Assembly (NCBI RefSeq): GCF_001194135.2
Contig: NC_068983.1
Location: forward strand, 106,494,812-106,539,969
Origin: Octopus bimaculoides
Taxonomy: Eukaryota
Direction: 5' to 3'
DNA: 45,158 bases
Position 1 is the stretch's first letter, and each line of letters opens with the position of its first letter. Under the pieces are notes generated by a model. The model ran no database searches, was not told where the DNA came from, and saw only the letters and a program-made list of their open reading frames with translations. A program made the translations under genes and the position numbers. Below, piece after piece: positions 33,601 through 44,910 of this stretch.

Positions 33601-34599
33601 TCTTTTCAAGTGGTAATGGTTTCTGTGAAAGAATTTTGACAGAAACAGTAGGCCACTGAAATTTTGTATTGTCTATCTACATCAGTGACTCTCAAGCAGT
33701 GTGCTCAGTGGACTTGTGTATCAAGGTGTCTGACGGATTTAAAAAAAATATATTTTAAGGTTTTACAAAATCAACTCTAAATGCTAGATCATCTTGAAAA
33801 ACGAGCAATTCATGATTTAGTCACATACAAAATATGCTTAATCAAATCAGGTAAACAACAGTTTTTTTGTTTATTTTTACAAATTTCTCTTTCAAACCGT
33901 TTTTATAAAATCTTTTTTTCTTAGTATACTGGGTACCACAAAATCAAAAAAGATATTGAGAATAACTGATTGACATGTTTAAGTTCAAATATTACTTGTG
34001 TTCACTTGGGTTTTCATCAATTTGAATGCAATTAAATAAGTGTACCAGGAATATATTGTGGGTTGTTCATTTGATTCTTTACATCTAACAAAAAAAAAAA
34101 AAAATTGGTATTGTGCCAAAGGAAAAAAAATCAATAACGGTTTCTTAAACAAATAAATAAAAACTCAATTATATCGAAGCTGAATAATGCATTAAAATGT
34201 CTGAGCTATTTTCTAAAGTCTAATAGCAAATATTTATTCCATAGCATATATGAAAATATTTTAATATTAAGCTTGATAATAGGGTATTTATAGCAGCGAC
34301 AAATAAAAGTATCAACAGTCAGACGGAAAACAAAAGTCTGTATTGTTTATGAGATAAAAATAAAATAAATGGATAATCTATAATTCTGTAGTTGCTTAAA
34401 TATTTCTACAAGATACATTTGAACATTTTATATTCATATATTTTATTAAATTACAAATCTTTAATTTTTTTTACATATGGATACTTTCAATAATTTATTT
34501 CTTGTTCATTTTGAATGGTGGTATGAATGTCTGTATTATGACCCCCAGGTCTGCAGAAATACTTTAAATCAGTACTCTAACTCCACAAAAACAATCGTT

Positions 34600-35250
34600 C
34601 ATTGATTATACAATATTCCTGTTACTTACAATAAAAAAACTGAGATGTATCAATTGGTATAATAACCACCCACAATTAAGTTGGTGTGTTGACCAAGGGT
34701 ACAGGACTGTGCCATTGACAGGATACGAACCCTTCCCTTTTCCATCGATCGGTGATTTAAACATTCTGTCAATTCTATCCGCAACAACTACTCATTTACA
34801 ATTTGTAAACGCTTCGTGTTTATGCAAGTTATATTCAAGAAAGATAATCAGGTACTGACGATAAGAGTTATTTCCCTTATTTCAAGTACCAAATTAAGAG
34901 TGAAGAAAAGAAAGTGAAAAATCAGGCGTAAATGAAAGGATTTCAGCAGCTTATCATCGCATATCACGGGAAATATCAAAATAAATTTACAATAAAAATT
35001 AAAGACTGGCGTTTTAATATTTTCCTTGCCGTGCTTTGTTTATTTAAGAGGTGAAATTCGACGCTTTGTTAACATTGCCTCTAATTCGTTTCCTGTTGCC
35101 TTTATTCTGTATAAACAAGAATAATGAATGAAAGAATGAATTATTACAAAAACGATAAGGCTGCTGCCGATAATACGAAATACTTCAATAATAATAATTG
35201 ATAAAGATCTTTCTAAAACAAGGATAGCTATTGCAAACTCAAATGCAAAT
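34600..35250. promoter_or_regulatory. CpG-retaining, repeat-free island; possible (bidirectional) promoter
   Basis: Roughly 20 CpGs in about 650 bp of non-TE AT-rich DNA, against near absence in the neighbouring unique DNA. Donor-like sites point outward: minus strand ATT|GTAAGT near 34628, plus strand CAG|GTACTG near 34852. Confidence 0.35.
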
Positions 35251-35333
35251 GCTTTTATTCATCTCAAAGCTCTTAACTGTTTATATTAATCAATTAACTA
35301 ATTTAAAAGAGGTTCTATCCATTCTTATTGCAG

Positions 35334-35388
35334 GTGGTTTTTAGACAATGAATTTCACTCACATCATTCTCATCATAGAAATTCTACT
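35334..35388 (+). other. Candidate 55-nt exon
   Basis: Acceptor CCATTCTTATTGCAG| and donor ACT|GTAAGC. Confidence 0.3.
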
Positions 35389-35429
35389 GTAAGCATCACA
35401 AAATGTTAGCAGGCTTGGTCATTAAATCA

Positions 35430-35730
35430 TTGTTGGTAGTACACAGTATTTGGCTGACCCTGGACTGGCTTGTGTGGGTGGTACATAAAAGACACCATTT
35501 CGAGCGTGGCCGTTGCCAGTATCGCCTGACTGGCCTTCGTGCAGGTGACACGTAAAAGCACCTACTACACTCTCTGAGTGGTTGGCGTTAGGAAGGGCAT
35601 CCAGCTGTAGAAACTCTGCCAAATTTAGACTGGAGCCTGATGTTGCCACCCAGTTTCACCAGTCCTCAGTCAAATCGTCCAACCCGTGCTAGCATGGAAA
35701 GCGGACGTTAAACGATGATGATGATGATGA
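35430..35730 (+). mobile_element. Family B retroposon with 1-2 internal units and (GAT)n tail
   Basis: Ends GCTAGCATGGAAAGCGGACGTTAAACGATGATGATGATGATG, which defines the 3' end of the family. Confidence 0.88.
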
Positions 35731-36456
35731 TTAATATTTATATAAGTTGCCAAATTTTTTAAATTACATTTGCATTAACGTATTTACAATAATTATTTGA
35801 ATGAAATTGCATATGTGAGAAGGTGAATGTGACTGTTAAAAGTCATTATTACATAAAATATTTTGGTTATATGAAAATCAATCATGGTTATTAAAAACAG
35901 AATAAGTAGAATGAGTGAGAACAGCTTATCAATAACTGAGTAACAGATTTCTGCACAGCACCTGAGGTTGTTCTGTTTGTGAGCTTAACATCCCATTTTT
36001 ATAACAGTTTTTATAACAGTTAGTCAAGCTTCTAGAACCTTCAATAGAACAATTTGACAGGAAAATTCACAAAACTTACTTTGCTTATTTGGTTACATAC
36101 CAGCTAATCTGATTGGTTGAACCATGTTCATGGAGATGTTAATGCTTTATATGGTAACACAGTTAATTTTTTCTAGCTGGTTTTGCTTTTTATGTCAGTA
36201 TAGCCAGGTCATGGTCTTAAACTGGAGAATTTGTGTCAGCTGATTCAAAACTCAGTAGAATCTTTGTTTCACAACCTTATATTTATTGAATGATAAAAGC
36301 AACTGCATCATGGAAGAGCCATTCCAGCCATTTAATAACACATAAAGCTGTTAAATCCACTTTAAGTCCATTTCATGAGACATGAACATTTTCATTATAC
36401 ACCTGTAACCTGGTCACTGATAAAATTCATGTATAAACTTTGGTAACATTCATAAT

Positions 36457-36837
36457 ACTCTCTTTACTCTTTACTCTTTTACTTGTTTCAGTCATTTGAC
36501 TGCGGCCATGCTGGAGCACCGCCTTTAGTCGAGCAAATCGACCCCGGGACTTATTCTTTGTAAGCCTAGTACTTATTCTATCAGTCTATTTTGCCGAACC
36601 ACTAAGTGATGGGGACATAAACACACCAGCATCAGTTGTCAAGCAATGCTAAGGGGACAAACACAGACACACACACACATATATATATATACATATATAT
36701 GACGGGCTTCTTTCAGTTTCTGTCTACCAAATCCACTCACAAGGCTTTGGTCGGCCCGAGGCTATAGTAGAAGACACTTGCCCAAGGTGCCACGCAGTGG
36801 GACTGAACCCGGAACCATGTGGTTGGTAAGCAAGCTA
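36457..36837 (-). mobile_element. Family A tRNA/CORE-like SINE, young near-full-length copy
   Basis: The reverse complement has B box GGTTCAGTCCC, CORE-like GGCACCTTGGGCAAGTG, an internal (TA)(TG) tract and a (GAGTAAAA)-type tail. CpGs are retained. Confidence 0.9.
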
Positions 36838-37220
36838 GATCCTGTTTTTGTTTTTATCCCAGTTTAACTCCAATATCTGCTCCTTGGGCATTATTAATAC
36901 CATTCACTTGGCTACAAGCATTTGGATCAGATCACTATTTATCTCTCTACCAATATATTCTCATGCATATATTGAACTGTGGAAACTGAAGCTGAATAGC
37001 AATCACATCAATCACCTCAATCTGGAGAGGGGTAGAAAAGTCATGCATTAACCCCACCTAACTTATATAAGACTATCTCAGAGAAGGGTTAATAAATAAC
37101 ATACGAATGGAAGTTGTTGACATCAACATTGCTATTATCATCGTTGGCGTTACCATCATCACAATCACCGTTTTAGCCATTGCTCTCATTATACTAACTT
37201 CTGTTTTTCCTTGCTTCCAG

Positions 37221-37270
37221 GTAAAGTAATATTTCCTCTGGACCTTTGAACACAAAAGACACAATCAATG
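37221..37270 (+). other. Candidate 50-nt exon ending in ATG (5'UTR exon with start codon?)
   Basis: Branch-like CTAAC, long pyrimidine tract and CAG| acceptor; ATG|GTAAGA donor. All three frames contain a stop. Confidence 0.4.
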
Positions 37271-37379
37271 GTAAGACATGCTTAATGGCAGATTGTTAAT
37301 AAACAACATCACTTATACGATGGTTGTGCTCATTTAACTATTAGTAAGGCAATGTCAAGTCAAGAAGACATGATTCCCC

Positions 37380-37950
37380 ATCCCCCCACAGACACATACA
37401 TACACACATGTGCTCGCATGCGCATGCATGCACACACACACATGCGCACACACACACACACACATATACACACATACAAACACACACAAACACACACACA
37501 CACACACACACATGCATGCACACAACTAATATGAGCTTCTTTCAGTTTCTGCTTATCAAATCCATTCACTAGGCTTTGGCTGACCTGAGGCTATAGAAGT
37601 AGACATTTACCTTTGGTGCTTTGCTGTAGGACTGAATCTGAAAACCACATGGCTGCAAAGCAAAGTTCTTAACCATATAATGTGTGTATGTGTGTGTATT
37701 TATGTTTATATGTATGTTTATGTGTGTGTATGTTTGTCTTTGTGTTTGTGTTTGTCTCCATCGCCACTTGACAACCAGTGTTGGTGTGTTTACATCCCTC
37801 TGTAATTTTGTGGTTCAGCAAAAGAGGCCAATAGAATATGTACCAGACTTAAAAAAGTAAGTACTAGGGTCTATTCATTTGACTAAAATTCCTCAAGGCA
37901 ATGCTCCAGCATGGCTGCAGTCAAATGGTTGAAACAAAATAAAAAAAGAT
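37380..37950. mobile_element. Family A SINE with the 5' half inverted relative to the 3' half
   Basis: 37530-37680 is the head on the minus strand, running into (CA)n on its left. 37680-37950 is (TG)n plus the 3' half on the plus strand. Confidence 0.6.
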
Positions 37951-38199
37951 TAAAAAATAGTGATTTTATGAACTGAATTTAACTGAGGCCAAGCCAACTC
38001 TTAGAATATTTTGTATGACAATGGTTATGTCTATTGTCTTAGCTATTCCGAAACTATGTATTTATTAGCAGAAGAATTTCTGAGAATAAGTGAAATGGCA
38101 AACTAGTTGAAGTTTTCAGTAAAATTAATTAAAAGTTCCTGAACAGAATAACTATAGCAATCAAAAACTGAGTCCCATATGCGTTTTCTCAGTTCAAAC

Positions 38200-38331
38200 A
38201 TCATCATGATCATCATTTAACATCCACTTTTCCATTCTTGCATGGGTCAGATGGAATTTCTGGAGGATACTACTACTTGCATGACAATAACACCCACTTA
38301 CAACTATCATGTGATGTCAAGACAAGGAGAC

Positions 38332-38378
<47 letters not shown>

Positions 38379-38640
38379 CATGGCTATGTGGTTAAGAAGG
38401 TTGCTTTGCAGCCGTGTGGTTTTGGGTTCAGTTTTCGGTTCAGTTTCACTGCTCAGCACTTTGGGCAAGTGTCTTCTGCTGTAGCCCTGGGCCGATCAAT
38501 GCCTGTGAATGAATTTAGGAGATAGAAACTACCATGTATGTATCTATCCATATACAAATGTGGAAGCCTACCGTGTATATATCTATCCAGTGTATGTATT
38601 TTTGTATTTGTTCCTCACCCAACGATTTCAGGCATGTGTG
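38200..38640. mobile_element. B-type tail fragment (-) followed by a family A SINE head (+)
   Basis: 38200-38330 reads (CAT)n..CCATTCTTGCATGGGTCAGATGG; 38378-38640 carries the A head and CORE-like motif. Confidence 0.7.
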
Positions 38641-38649
38641 TGTGTGGGA

Positions 38650-38950
38650 GTGGGTGGTCATTTAGTTGATTATATCAACCCCAGCACTTGACTGGTATTT
38701 TACTTTATTGTTGTCTTTCAAAGTTCAACATAGTGGCTGAACGTTTTGTGTATGTGCTAATGATTCTGCCAGTTTTCCATTTTAATAATAATAATAACAA
38801 TCTTTTCGACTTAAAGCACAAGGCCTGAAGCTTGGGGGAATGGGGTATAGTTGATTACATCGACCCCAGTACTCAACTGGAACTTATTTTATTGACCCTG
38901 AAAAGATAAAAGGCAAAGTTGACCATGGCAGAATTTGAACTCACATCATG
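38650..38950 (-). mobile_element. Two family C SINE fragments
   Basis: CGACCCCAGTACTCAACTGG..CTTATTTTATTGACCC.GAAA.GATAAAAGGCAAAGTTGACC is the reverse complement of the C domain. Confidence 0.75.
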
Positions 38951-38999
38951 CAGACGGAAATAATAGTAATATTAATAATAATGAGTGCCTTATATACAG

Positions 39000-39056
39000 T
39001 GCTCAGTTACACTACAACTCATTGGAAAATGGTGAACGAGGGGTCAGAAGGTGGCA
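39000..39056 (+). other. Candidate 57-nt exon
   Basis: Acceptor CCTTATATACAG| (alternative GCTCAG|) and donor GCA|GTAAGT. Two frames are open (AQLHYNSLENGERGVRRW; LSYTTTHWKMVNEGSEGG). Confidence 0.25.
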
Positions 39057-39329
39057 GTAAGTCAAGTAAAGAAAGACAACAATAAAAGCCAAAAGTACAT
39101 GCACACTACATAGGATATAATAACAGAGTAATCCAAACTGGAAGTAAGCTGAGTTTAAGTTGAAAATCAGCTTAAGAATTCTAAATTGAGAAAAATCTAA
39201 TGAAATCAATAACATTTTTCCAGAAAATAAAGTCATGTTTTTAAAAACAGTTTTGTAACTTGGTCTCCATAGAAGAGTATCTAAAATTTGTGTCTCAATA
39301 ATTCCTACTGCTTATCCAAGGGAAAGGCT

Positions 39330-40720
39330 AAGGCTGATACACCTTGGCACCAGTGACATCACAACTCATTTCTGCAGATGAGTGAGCTGGAACAATGTGA
39401 AATAAAGTGTCTTGCTCAAGAATGCAATACACAGCCTGGTCCAGGAATCAAACTCACTACCTCATGATTGTGAGCCTGACACTCAACCACTGAGCCATGC
39501 GCCTTCACATTTATATTAACAGCATCAAAACTATGTTTAAATAATTGGTATTATTTAAATGAGTGATGAAAAGTGGCAAGCAGGTAGAATCATTAGAACG
39601 TGGGTAAAAATGCTCTGCATTTGAGTTCGTTATACATTCTAAGTTCAAATTCATTTGAGATTAACTTTGCCTTTCTTCCTTTCAGGGTTAAAATATAGTA
39701 CTAACTGGAGGGTGTGGGTAGGGTCAATGTAATTGATTGACCTTTCACAGAATTTAAGCCTTGTACATTTGAAATAATTAAGCAGTGAATTAGTAGAGAG
39801 TTAGAGTTTGGGATGTGGTTAGAGTGTTTGCCTCACAATTATGAGGCAGTGAGTTTGATTCCTTGACTGAGCTGTGTGTTGTGTTCTTGAGCAAGACATT
39901 TTATTTCACATTGTTTCAGTTCACTGATATGTAGAAACAAGTTCTGACGTCACTGGCACCAAGCTGTATCAGCCTTTGCCTTTCTCTTGGATAATATCAG
40001 TGGTGTGGAGAGAGGAGACTGGTAAGCATGGGCGACTGCTGGTCTGCCATAAATAACATTGCCCAGACTTGTGCCTTGGAGGGTAACTTTCTAGGTGCAA
40101 TCCCATGGTCAGTCATGAATGAAAGGGTCTTTTGTTCTTAACGCTTTGGATAGAATGCTTTGTACTATTTTTTCTGACTACTCTCATTCTGAGTTCAATT
40201 TCCACTGAAGTCAGCTTTGCCCCTTTCCTCCTGATAATATATCCGTACAAGGTAATGATTTGTCAGATGGTATGCCTTATATTTGTCTATCTGGCTTTTT
40301 GTATTCTGATGGTAATACAACTGTAGCTGAGTGGCTGAGAAGCTTGCTTCTCAACCATTTGAACTTTGGGCAAGCATCCTATAGAACAGCCCTGAGCCAA
40401 CCCAAAACTTTTGAGTGGATTTAGTTGACAGAAACTGAAAGAAGCCTGTCCTATGTATGTGTGTGTGTGAACTGGTGTCTTCCTATCCTGACAACATGTG
40501 ATTATTGTGAGTGTCACTGTCATACAGGTACTGTTCTTCATTCTCTTTTGGAAAACATGTCTGGCCATGAAGAAACAGTATCTTGCTTAGAAACAGGTGA
40601 GGATTAGCATTTGGCCATAGAACAATCTGCTTCAACAAATTTCATCTAACCAACGCAAGCATAGAAAAGGGAACAGTTACATGATGATGATGATGATGAT
40701 AATGACGACGACGAATACAA
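39330..40720. mobile_element. SINE cluster: E(-) 39330-39510, C(+) 39570-39775, E(+) 39805-40130, C fragment 40130-40230, A/B hybrid(+) 40320-40720
   Basis: Each segment matches the family motifs quoted above. The last ends in (GAT)n. Confidence 0.75.
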
Positions 40721-42032
40721 TGATGATAACTACGATGTGGTTGTGGTGTGTGATGTCTTTTGATCTGTGGATGCACTTGGCCATATTACTAGAAGTTCAT
40801 AATCTTAATTTATGTGGTCAGTTCTAGATATGATGTACACTGGGGAGGTATTCTTTCATGATTTAAAACCTTAGTTTCAAAGTATCTTGCTGAAGTTCTT
40901 ATATTTCTCCTTCTTCAAGTATCTTACAGAATATGCTATTATAAATGTAAAGAAATAACTAATGTATCATTTCAAAAGAAGTTTCAGTCAAGTCTTAGTC
41001 TGTAAAAAAGAAACGGTATATATACTGCATCTATGTTTAGTTAATTTAAATGAATTCTGTGGGGGAAAATAATAATAAGAATCTTTGCAGTGATCAACTA
41101 AAATACTCTTTAAATCAGATACTTTTAAAAGTTTAAGAAAGATTGCATATTAAATATGAAAATATTATTAGGGCTATGACTAAACTATGTTGTCAAAGAC
41201 AACAAAAAAAATTTGGTAGAAAATGTGGAAGAAGAAATGTCATCAAATCAATTTTAACATTAAAGGAATGCAACATTAAAGAAACTTGTAATTACAGAAT
41301 CACCTTAGAGAGAACATGAGCCTAAACTTAAGACACTTCATGTACCTTCAATCTTCTTTAGAAAAAAGGAAAAAAACCTATAAACTAATGACAGGTAAAG
41401 TTAACCTCATCAAACACAAATTCTATCAGCCATCAACAATAGACCCTTTACACAAATTATTTAAGAAGTGAAGCAACAAACTTTAGATACAACTCATTTA
41501 TAAATTAACTGAGGACAGTTACAAGGCAAGTAAGACATAGATTAGAGATTGACCTACACACAACATCTCTCAGTTGTTGTGAAAACTCTAAAATGTTAAT
41601 GTTATCAATTGTAGTAGTGTTGATGGTCTGGTGTTTATTGTCGGTATAGTCAAAACAATTATCTTCATTGAAGATGATGGTTGCAAAACTTTCACCGTAG
41701 ATAACCAAGATAAGCAGCATTATACTTATTCATGAGATGATAATAAGGAATCTTGGTAAAACTAGTTGATATTCATTGTGCAGTAGAATGTGTGATGGTA
41801 GAATATGAAAAACACTTTTGAAGGTGGAGAATGAGCAAAATGATAAGTAATGGAGAATGAAATTTGAACACCACAGTGACAGTAATGTCTGTCCTAGTTT
41901 TAACTTTTAAGTGATCAACTGATAATTAAAAGAAACAGCTAGATGTTACATTCTTTATGTTTTGAGAAATACTTTGCCAAAACTGAATGGAAAGGCTTGT
42001 AAATATCTGGACAGGTTGACCTAGTTACTTAC

Positions 42033-42121
42033 AATCTTAGATTTTAAATGATGAAAGAATTCCATTCTGGAAAACATCGTCTCTGGTACAAACCATTCAA
42101 TTAAATTATAACTGGGAATGT
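42033..42121 (-). CDS. Candidate 89-nt internal coding exon, unidentified
   Basis: Acceptor GTTTTTGGTTATGTTAGTAG| and donor ATT|GTAAGT, with the open frame xIPSYNLIEWFVPETMFSRMEFFHHLKSKI. Confidence 0.3.
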
Positions 42122-42809
42122 CTACTAACATAACCAAAAACACCTATAAACCAAAAGATAGACCAAAAGGAATCACAGGAGAGAGATTGGGCTGCCATCT
42201 CTAACAGGTCAGACAATCATATAAAGGTATCCTCATTGATTTGATAGTTCTCATGTTGTTGCTGATTTGCTCCAGGTCAGATGTGGCTGAGCAGACCTTT
42301 GATCAAAGGTATTTCAGTTATGATCACCCCTTTTCTCTAGGACTATGTTATTTAGTCTTTTCCTCTTCTTTGAAGAGTGTAAAATGTAAATTTGAGGGTA
42401 ATTTGGCTGCTACTTTCTTTAACCAGTTGAGCTTCTACTAAGAAGCTGCCTGCTGTTAATTATAGTTAGATATATGCGAGTATGTAGAGGGAACGACTAT
42501 ATTTTGGTCTGTGACACAATGAAGACACAATTGACAGGATAGAAATTAAGGATGCTGTAAGAAATGACTAGGTAAAAATATTAAGAGATACCTACTGTAT
42601 AATAGTAATGAGAGAGCTAACCTACTTCATATAATGAGCTTGGAAATTAAAATTAAAATTATACTCTTAATGATGAAAACTCACATTATCAAAGTGACTA
42701 ACTCTGGGTAAAAATAGACAAGAGGAGACACCCCTCAAATTTTACTAAATAAAAATTAATTAAATTATGGCATGTAGTGGGTGAGTGAGTGTGATCATTA
42801 CTAGTATAA

Positions 42810-43312
42810 TGACAAAGGCAGCAAACTGGCAGAGTCATTAGCACATTAGGCAAAATGCATAACGCCATTTCCTTTACCTTTATGCTCGAAGTTAAAATTC
42901 TGCTGAGGTCAGCTTTGCTTTTCATCCTTTTGGAGTTGATAAAATTAGTACCAGTTGAGTACTAGAGTTGATGTAATTGACTAACCCTTTCCCCGCAAAT
43001 TTCAGCCTTTAACACAGTGATTCCCAAACTTTTTTGGACTGTCAACCCCTTGACACCCAGGCCACATTCCTAGTGCCCCCAGTCAAACTAAACCATCACA
43101 AACAAAGACCTATTTCTGAAGCAAATTTAAAACAACTGTATTTAACAAATAAAACTTAATTTAATGAACCCATTATTTTGTTGTTTTCACATAAATTGCT
43201 ACCCCATTATCACCCCACTTTTCTTCAATGCCCCCTTGGAACTTTTCACTGCCCCTAGAGGGGCAATATTGCCCACTTTGGGAACCACTGCTTTAACAGA
43301 AAGGATTATTAG
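42810..43312 (+). mobile_element. Family C SINE interrupted near its 3' end by a hAT MITE
   Basis: The C domain spans 42810-43006; the tail GAAAGGATTATT resumes at 43299. Confidence 0.8.
43015..43290. mobile_element. hAT (Charlie-like) MITE with a perfect 8-bp TSD
   Basis: CAGTGATTCCCAAA...TTTGGGAACCACTG with TSD CTTTAACA at 43007-43014 and 43291-43298. Confidence 0.92.
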
Positions 43313-43351
43313 TATGACAACTCTAGTTATGTTTTGGTCTTAGAAAGCTCC

Positions 43352-43582
43352 ACACGGTGAGCTGGCAGAGTTGTTAGCATGCTGGGCAAAATGCTTAGTG
43401 GCATTTCATCTGTCTTTATTTTCTGAGTTCAAATTCTGCCAAGGTCGACTTTGCCTTTCATCCTTTTGGGTCATTGAAATAAGTACCAGTTGAACACTGT
43501 CGGGGGTGATGTAATCAACTTACTTCTTCCCCCAGAGTTTCAAGTTTTATACCTATAGCAGAAAGGATTATTATTATTACTA
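43352..43582 (+). mobile_element. Family C SINE, full length with (ATT)n tail
   Basis: Head CACGGTGAGCTGGCAGAGTTGTTAGC and B box GAGTTCAAATTC, then the central domain and tail GAAAGGATTATTATTATT. Confidence 0.88.
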
Positions 43583-44239
43583 TTGAACTGTGAAGAGCTT
43601 GTAAGCTCAAGCTTACTTCAAAAGAAATATTGTGGAGGTGAATAGTATATGGGATTAGTCTCTTCTTGAAGGATCAAACACAGCCAATATATGTTTTTGG
43701 TACTAGCTTGTTACAAAGAACACTGATATCTGATGAGATTTTTGATAAACAAAATATTTATTCTTTCTTTGGTTGATGTGGTTGTAGCAGCAGTCAAAAA
43801 GTTAGTTGCTGGTCCTTGTGTTGCTGTCACTGATCATTCATTGTGGCTAGCTGCTTGCTATGCTACTGACTTCCAATGCCTTTCATCTTCTTGACTGTTC
43901 ATTGCTTTTGTATTGTCAGCTTGGGTCAGCTGCTGTCTGCCCTCTCCATTGGTTGTCTCCTATGGTGTCTGTCAAAGTAGCTAAGGTGTGCTGAATTTAT
44001 AGAGATGGATAAGCTCAGAGAGAAAGACACCATAAGATGAAATTGTTGTTGGAGCCAGATTTAGGTGAAGTCTTGATCGATCAGATATTTTTGATCATAT
44101 GGGTAATATTCTAGTGAATCACAACGTTAGATATAGCGATCTGATTGCCGAATATTCCAGTCACAAGTTGATGAAATTGAAAGAAAATTTAAAGAATTTC
44201 ATACCTTATTGAAAATAAGCAAAATCAATGACCATCAGT

Positions 44240-44365
44240 TGTCTCTCTCTCACTCTTTCTCCCATTCTCTCTCTCTGTCTCTCTCCCTGTGTCTCTCTCT
44301 CTGTGTCTCTCTCCCTGTGTCTCTCTCTCTCTGTGTCTCTCTGTCTCTGTCTCTCTCTCTCTGTC

Positions 44366-44396
<31 letters not shown>

Positions 44397-44469
44397 GTCT
44401 CTCTGTCTCTCTGTCTCTGTCTCTCTGTCTCTGTCTCTCTCTGTCTCTGTCTCTCTCTCTGTCTCTGTC

Positions 44470-44512
<43 letters not shown>

Positions 44513-44752
44513 GTCTCTCTCTCTGTCTCTCTCTCTCTGTCTCTCTCTGACTCTCTCTCTGTCTCTGTCACTCTCTCTGTCTCTCTCTGTCTCTCTCTGT
44601 CTCTCTCCCTCTGTCTCTCTCTGTCTCTCTCTCTCTGTCTCTGTCTCTGTCTCTCTGTCTCTCTCTCTCTCTCTGTCCCTCTGTCTCTGTCTCTGTCTCT
44701 CTCTGTCTCTGTCTCTCTCTCTGTCTCTCTGTCTGTCTCTCTCTCTCTCTCT
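44240..44752. repeat. Long compound (TC)n/(TCTG)n polypyrimidine microsatellite
   Basis: Directly visible. It is the source of the spurious SL/RE-rich ORFs. Confidence 0.97.
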
Positions 44753-44867
44753 CATACACATGCAAACAAGAGAGAATTAATGAAAGTTTTAAAAAGTTTA
44801 AGGAAATATAGAATATAATGAATATACTTAATATCATAAACCCCACATGCACATGTACATATGTACG

Positions 44868-44868
44868 C

Positions 44869-44910
<42 letters not shown>

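Noticed and set aside
37221-37270. Selenocysteine readthrough of the in-frame TGA (GKVIFPLDL-U-TQKTQSM)
   Set aside because: No CxxU/UxxC or other selenoprotein motif and no SECIS identifiable in the window. A UTR or poison exon is simpler.
41505-41720. 71-aa ORF starting with a signal-peptide-like MLLILVIYGESFA
   Set aside because: Short, with no recognisable domain or splice support, and equally long open stretches exist on the opposite strand.
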